64,000 nt of DNA from Peribolospora baueri (lineage: Eukaryota). The notes under the pieces are model-generated. The model ran no database searches. It saw nothing but the letters and a program-made list of their open reading frames with translations, and had not been told where the DNA came from. The DNA lies in the NCBI GenBank assembly GCA_029717555.1, contig JAMDHS010000017.1, positions 186,001-250,000 on the forward strand. Reading direction: 5' to 3'. This document shows, piece after piece, positions 61,921-64,000 of the stretch. The position numbers were made by a program, and so were the translations under genes. Within the stretch, counting starts at the first letter, position 1. Each line of letters opens with the position of its first letter.

Positions 61921-63365
61921 TTAAGCGAACTGTTGTTTAATCCGTACGTTCGTTCGTTCGCAGTGAGTGGCAAGACGGAAATGGGGAGAACAACGCATCG
62001 GAAGCAACAAAACCCGAAACGAAAGTCATCAGACACGGAACGAGGGAAGAACAGGGCGCCCTTGGGTCAAGGTAAGGACCCTGTCGCTCTAGCCGTCACT
62101 CACCGTGCCCAGGTAAGACTCTGCAACAATGCGCGCCCGCGCGTTCAAGCTGAGCTTCATCTCGCTGATCTCCTTGTCCACATCTTCCATGAACCTGTTC
62201 GCACACGCGCACAGTCAGGGAGACGCGGTCGCGAATAAATGCCGAAAAGTAACGAACGGTCAGCGCAAGATTGCATCTCCTCACTGCTTGATAATAAACG
62301 ATCGGTGAAGGACTGGAGAAAGATGGAGGGCGGAGGGATGATGGGACAATGAGCTCACTGTATAATGAAGTCCACAAGCTTATGCTTGAGCATCGTCTCC
62401 GAGTGGAAGTTGGTGATGAGGAAGGAAATGTCATAGCCCTGGGAGGGTTGACAAACAAGGACGAGACAAGCGAGAAGAGCGCGCAAGATAAAGAGTAGAT
62501 GTGAGTGTTCGCTTGATGACTAGGAAAAACCTTCCCTCGCACGCGTCAAATTGCCTTCGCTCGTCGCCGTACTCGAACCTCGTCTAGTCGTCTGACCCAA
62601 GGTCATCATCCGAGCCACTTCAGCACGGATTTAAAGTACTCACAGGAATCGGCTTCCTCCTGAGCACGACGAAGTTCTCAGCGCGCATCATCATGAACCT
62701 CGTGAACTTGTGGCACAGGATCCGCTCGATCTCATCCGCCTGCTTGATCCTTATGCTCAGCCTTATCGAGTTCACAGAAGGTTCAATAAGCACTCTCTCG
62801 TGCTCATTGCGCGAGATCACAAGGGGGTTCAGGAGCACTTCGCGGGATGTTCTGGTGGTACGTTGGAATTGGCGAGCCCAAGACGGAACGAGGGAGTGGT
62901 GTGAGGAGCCGTGAACAAAATTCATACGAGCGTCTCAATCGACAACCAAGGCTGCGGCAGCCAATACCCACCGTGCCTCGATTTCCGGCTTGTTGTGACG
63001 CTCCACGACCTATCCTCATTGCGGATGCATAAAGCCACGCCAATGATCAGCTCCATGGTCGCCCCCAACTCAATTCACGGGTTGGCAGCCCCCAGACGCC
63101 AGAAACGTGTCCAAACCAGCAAGCCCATCTCTTCAAGACCTTTCCAGTTTTTTCCCACTCACCTGGGAAGAAAAGTTTTCTAGCGTCAGCGCGGCCGTCA
63201 AGGTGGACCGCACGGCGGCAAGGTAAGGGCGAAGCGTGTTAGACTGCGTGTGTGGAAAGATGAGGCAGCGCGTTAAGGATGAAGTGAAAAGAGACCACAA
63301 AAGGGTCAGTCCATCAGCATTCCATCAGCACGGCGCGCTCCATTAATACCAGGTCGACTCACCAT
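61921..63365 (-). CDS. ARPC4: Arp2/3 complex 20-kDa subunit, 7 coding exons
   Basis: [169 protein letters not shown]. The last exon is inferred. Confidence 0.95.
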
Positions 63366-63687
63366 TCTTGAGAGCTTCTCCCCTACCGGAATGACGAGCC
63401 GCAAGGTATTGTTGCTTAGCGTTGTGACGACCGCCAGCTTCCCATCGACGACCGATCGGCTTGGAGTCGGCGGCTGCCGCAGCCAGCCCGTGCGTGGGAA
63501 CTAAAGATGGCCACGTGACTGATCGTGCTCGATCACTTTCTTTTTTTCGCGAAGCCGCGCTTCGCCGACGGCATTCTTGGGGAAAAGTGGCTAAGAAGAA
63601 GAGGGCCGCCGACCTCCAGTCTAGTTTTTCTCTTCCCGCCCCCCGCCCTTTCCAAAGGAACGAAAAGGAGCAAAAGGATACCAAATC

Positions 63688-64000
63688 ATGTCTGTGCCTG
63701 TTGCATTCTGGTGAGTTGCGAGGCTATTTTTTCTATTGAGATTAGTCCGCCCAGATCTTGACGCCAACCTCCTGCCCTCACGCGACAGGGCTCTCCAACT
63801 GGGTCAAGCGAACGTGGTGCAACGCATCAGCGTCTCCAAGGACTTCTGCATCACCAACATTGCCCTTGGGGAGGATATCGATGGAAACAAGCGCACATGC
63901 GTGAAGGTCCACTACTACGGCGAGCCCGTGTCCGCTGAGGACTCAGATGAGGAGTCCGAGGAGGAGGAGGAGGAGGAGGAGGAAGAGGATGCGGTGAAGG
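63688..64000 (+). CDS. 5' part of a nucleoplasmin-like-domain protein, probably nuclear FKBP Fpr3/Fpr4; truncated by the window edge
   Basis: Exon 63688-63710, intron 63711-63788, then MSVPVAFW|ALQLGQANVVQRISVSKDFCITNIALGEDIDGNKRTCVKVHYYGEPVSAEDSDEESEEEEEEEEEED. FW..ITNxAL followed by an acidic tract is typical of NPL domains. Absent from the supplied ORF track. Confidence 0.78.

Noticed and set aside
62439..62643. C-box-like ATGATGA in an ARPC4 intron (possible C/D snoRNA)
   Set aside because: No downstream CTGA D box or terminal stem found.

Overview
This is eukaryotic, GC-rich and intron-rich DNA (GTGAGY/GTGCGT donors, CAG/TAG/AAG acceptors, many microsatellites), most consistent with a basidiomycete fungus. 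By manual splicing I reconstruct 19 protein-coding genes, in order: 3' end of a PDK/BCKDK-type mitochondrial kinase (+), PUS7/TruD pseudouridine synthase (-), FHIP/FAM160 (-), an intronless orphan (-), a signal-peptide multi-TM RTA1/DUF3112-like protein (+), gamma-glutamyltranspeptidase (+), SHE9/MDM33 (+), a DUF5321-like protein (+), SNRNP27 (-) head-to-head with CEF1/CDC5L (+), PBS2 MAPKK (+), a large LRR-DH-PH RhoGEF (-), WEE1/SWE1 (+), SNU23/ZMAT2 (-) head-to-head with COQ10 (+), a CAP/PRY protein (+), a CALB-like secreted lipase (-), ARPC4 (-) head-to-head with the 5' end of an FPR3/4-type nucleoplasmin-like FKBP (+). I recognised no tRNA, rRNA, CRISPR array or transposon. I cannot point to a clearly new biological system. 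The best leads are the LRR-RhoGEF and its PBS2/WEE1 neighbours, the divergent splicing-factor pair, RGG inserts in PUS7, a 204-nt TTC/TTG repeat in GGT intron 1, a 98-bp tandem duplication between the CAP and lipase genes, recurrent RTCACGTG promoter sites and frequent AAG acceptors. Exon boundaries were read by eye and may be off by a few bases. Family calls come from remembered motifs, not database searches.
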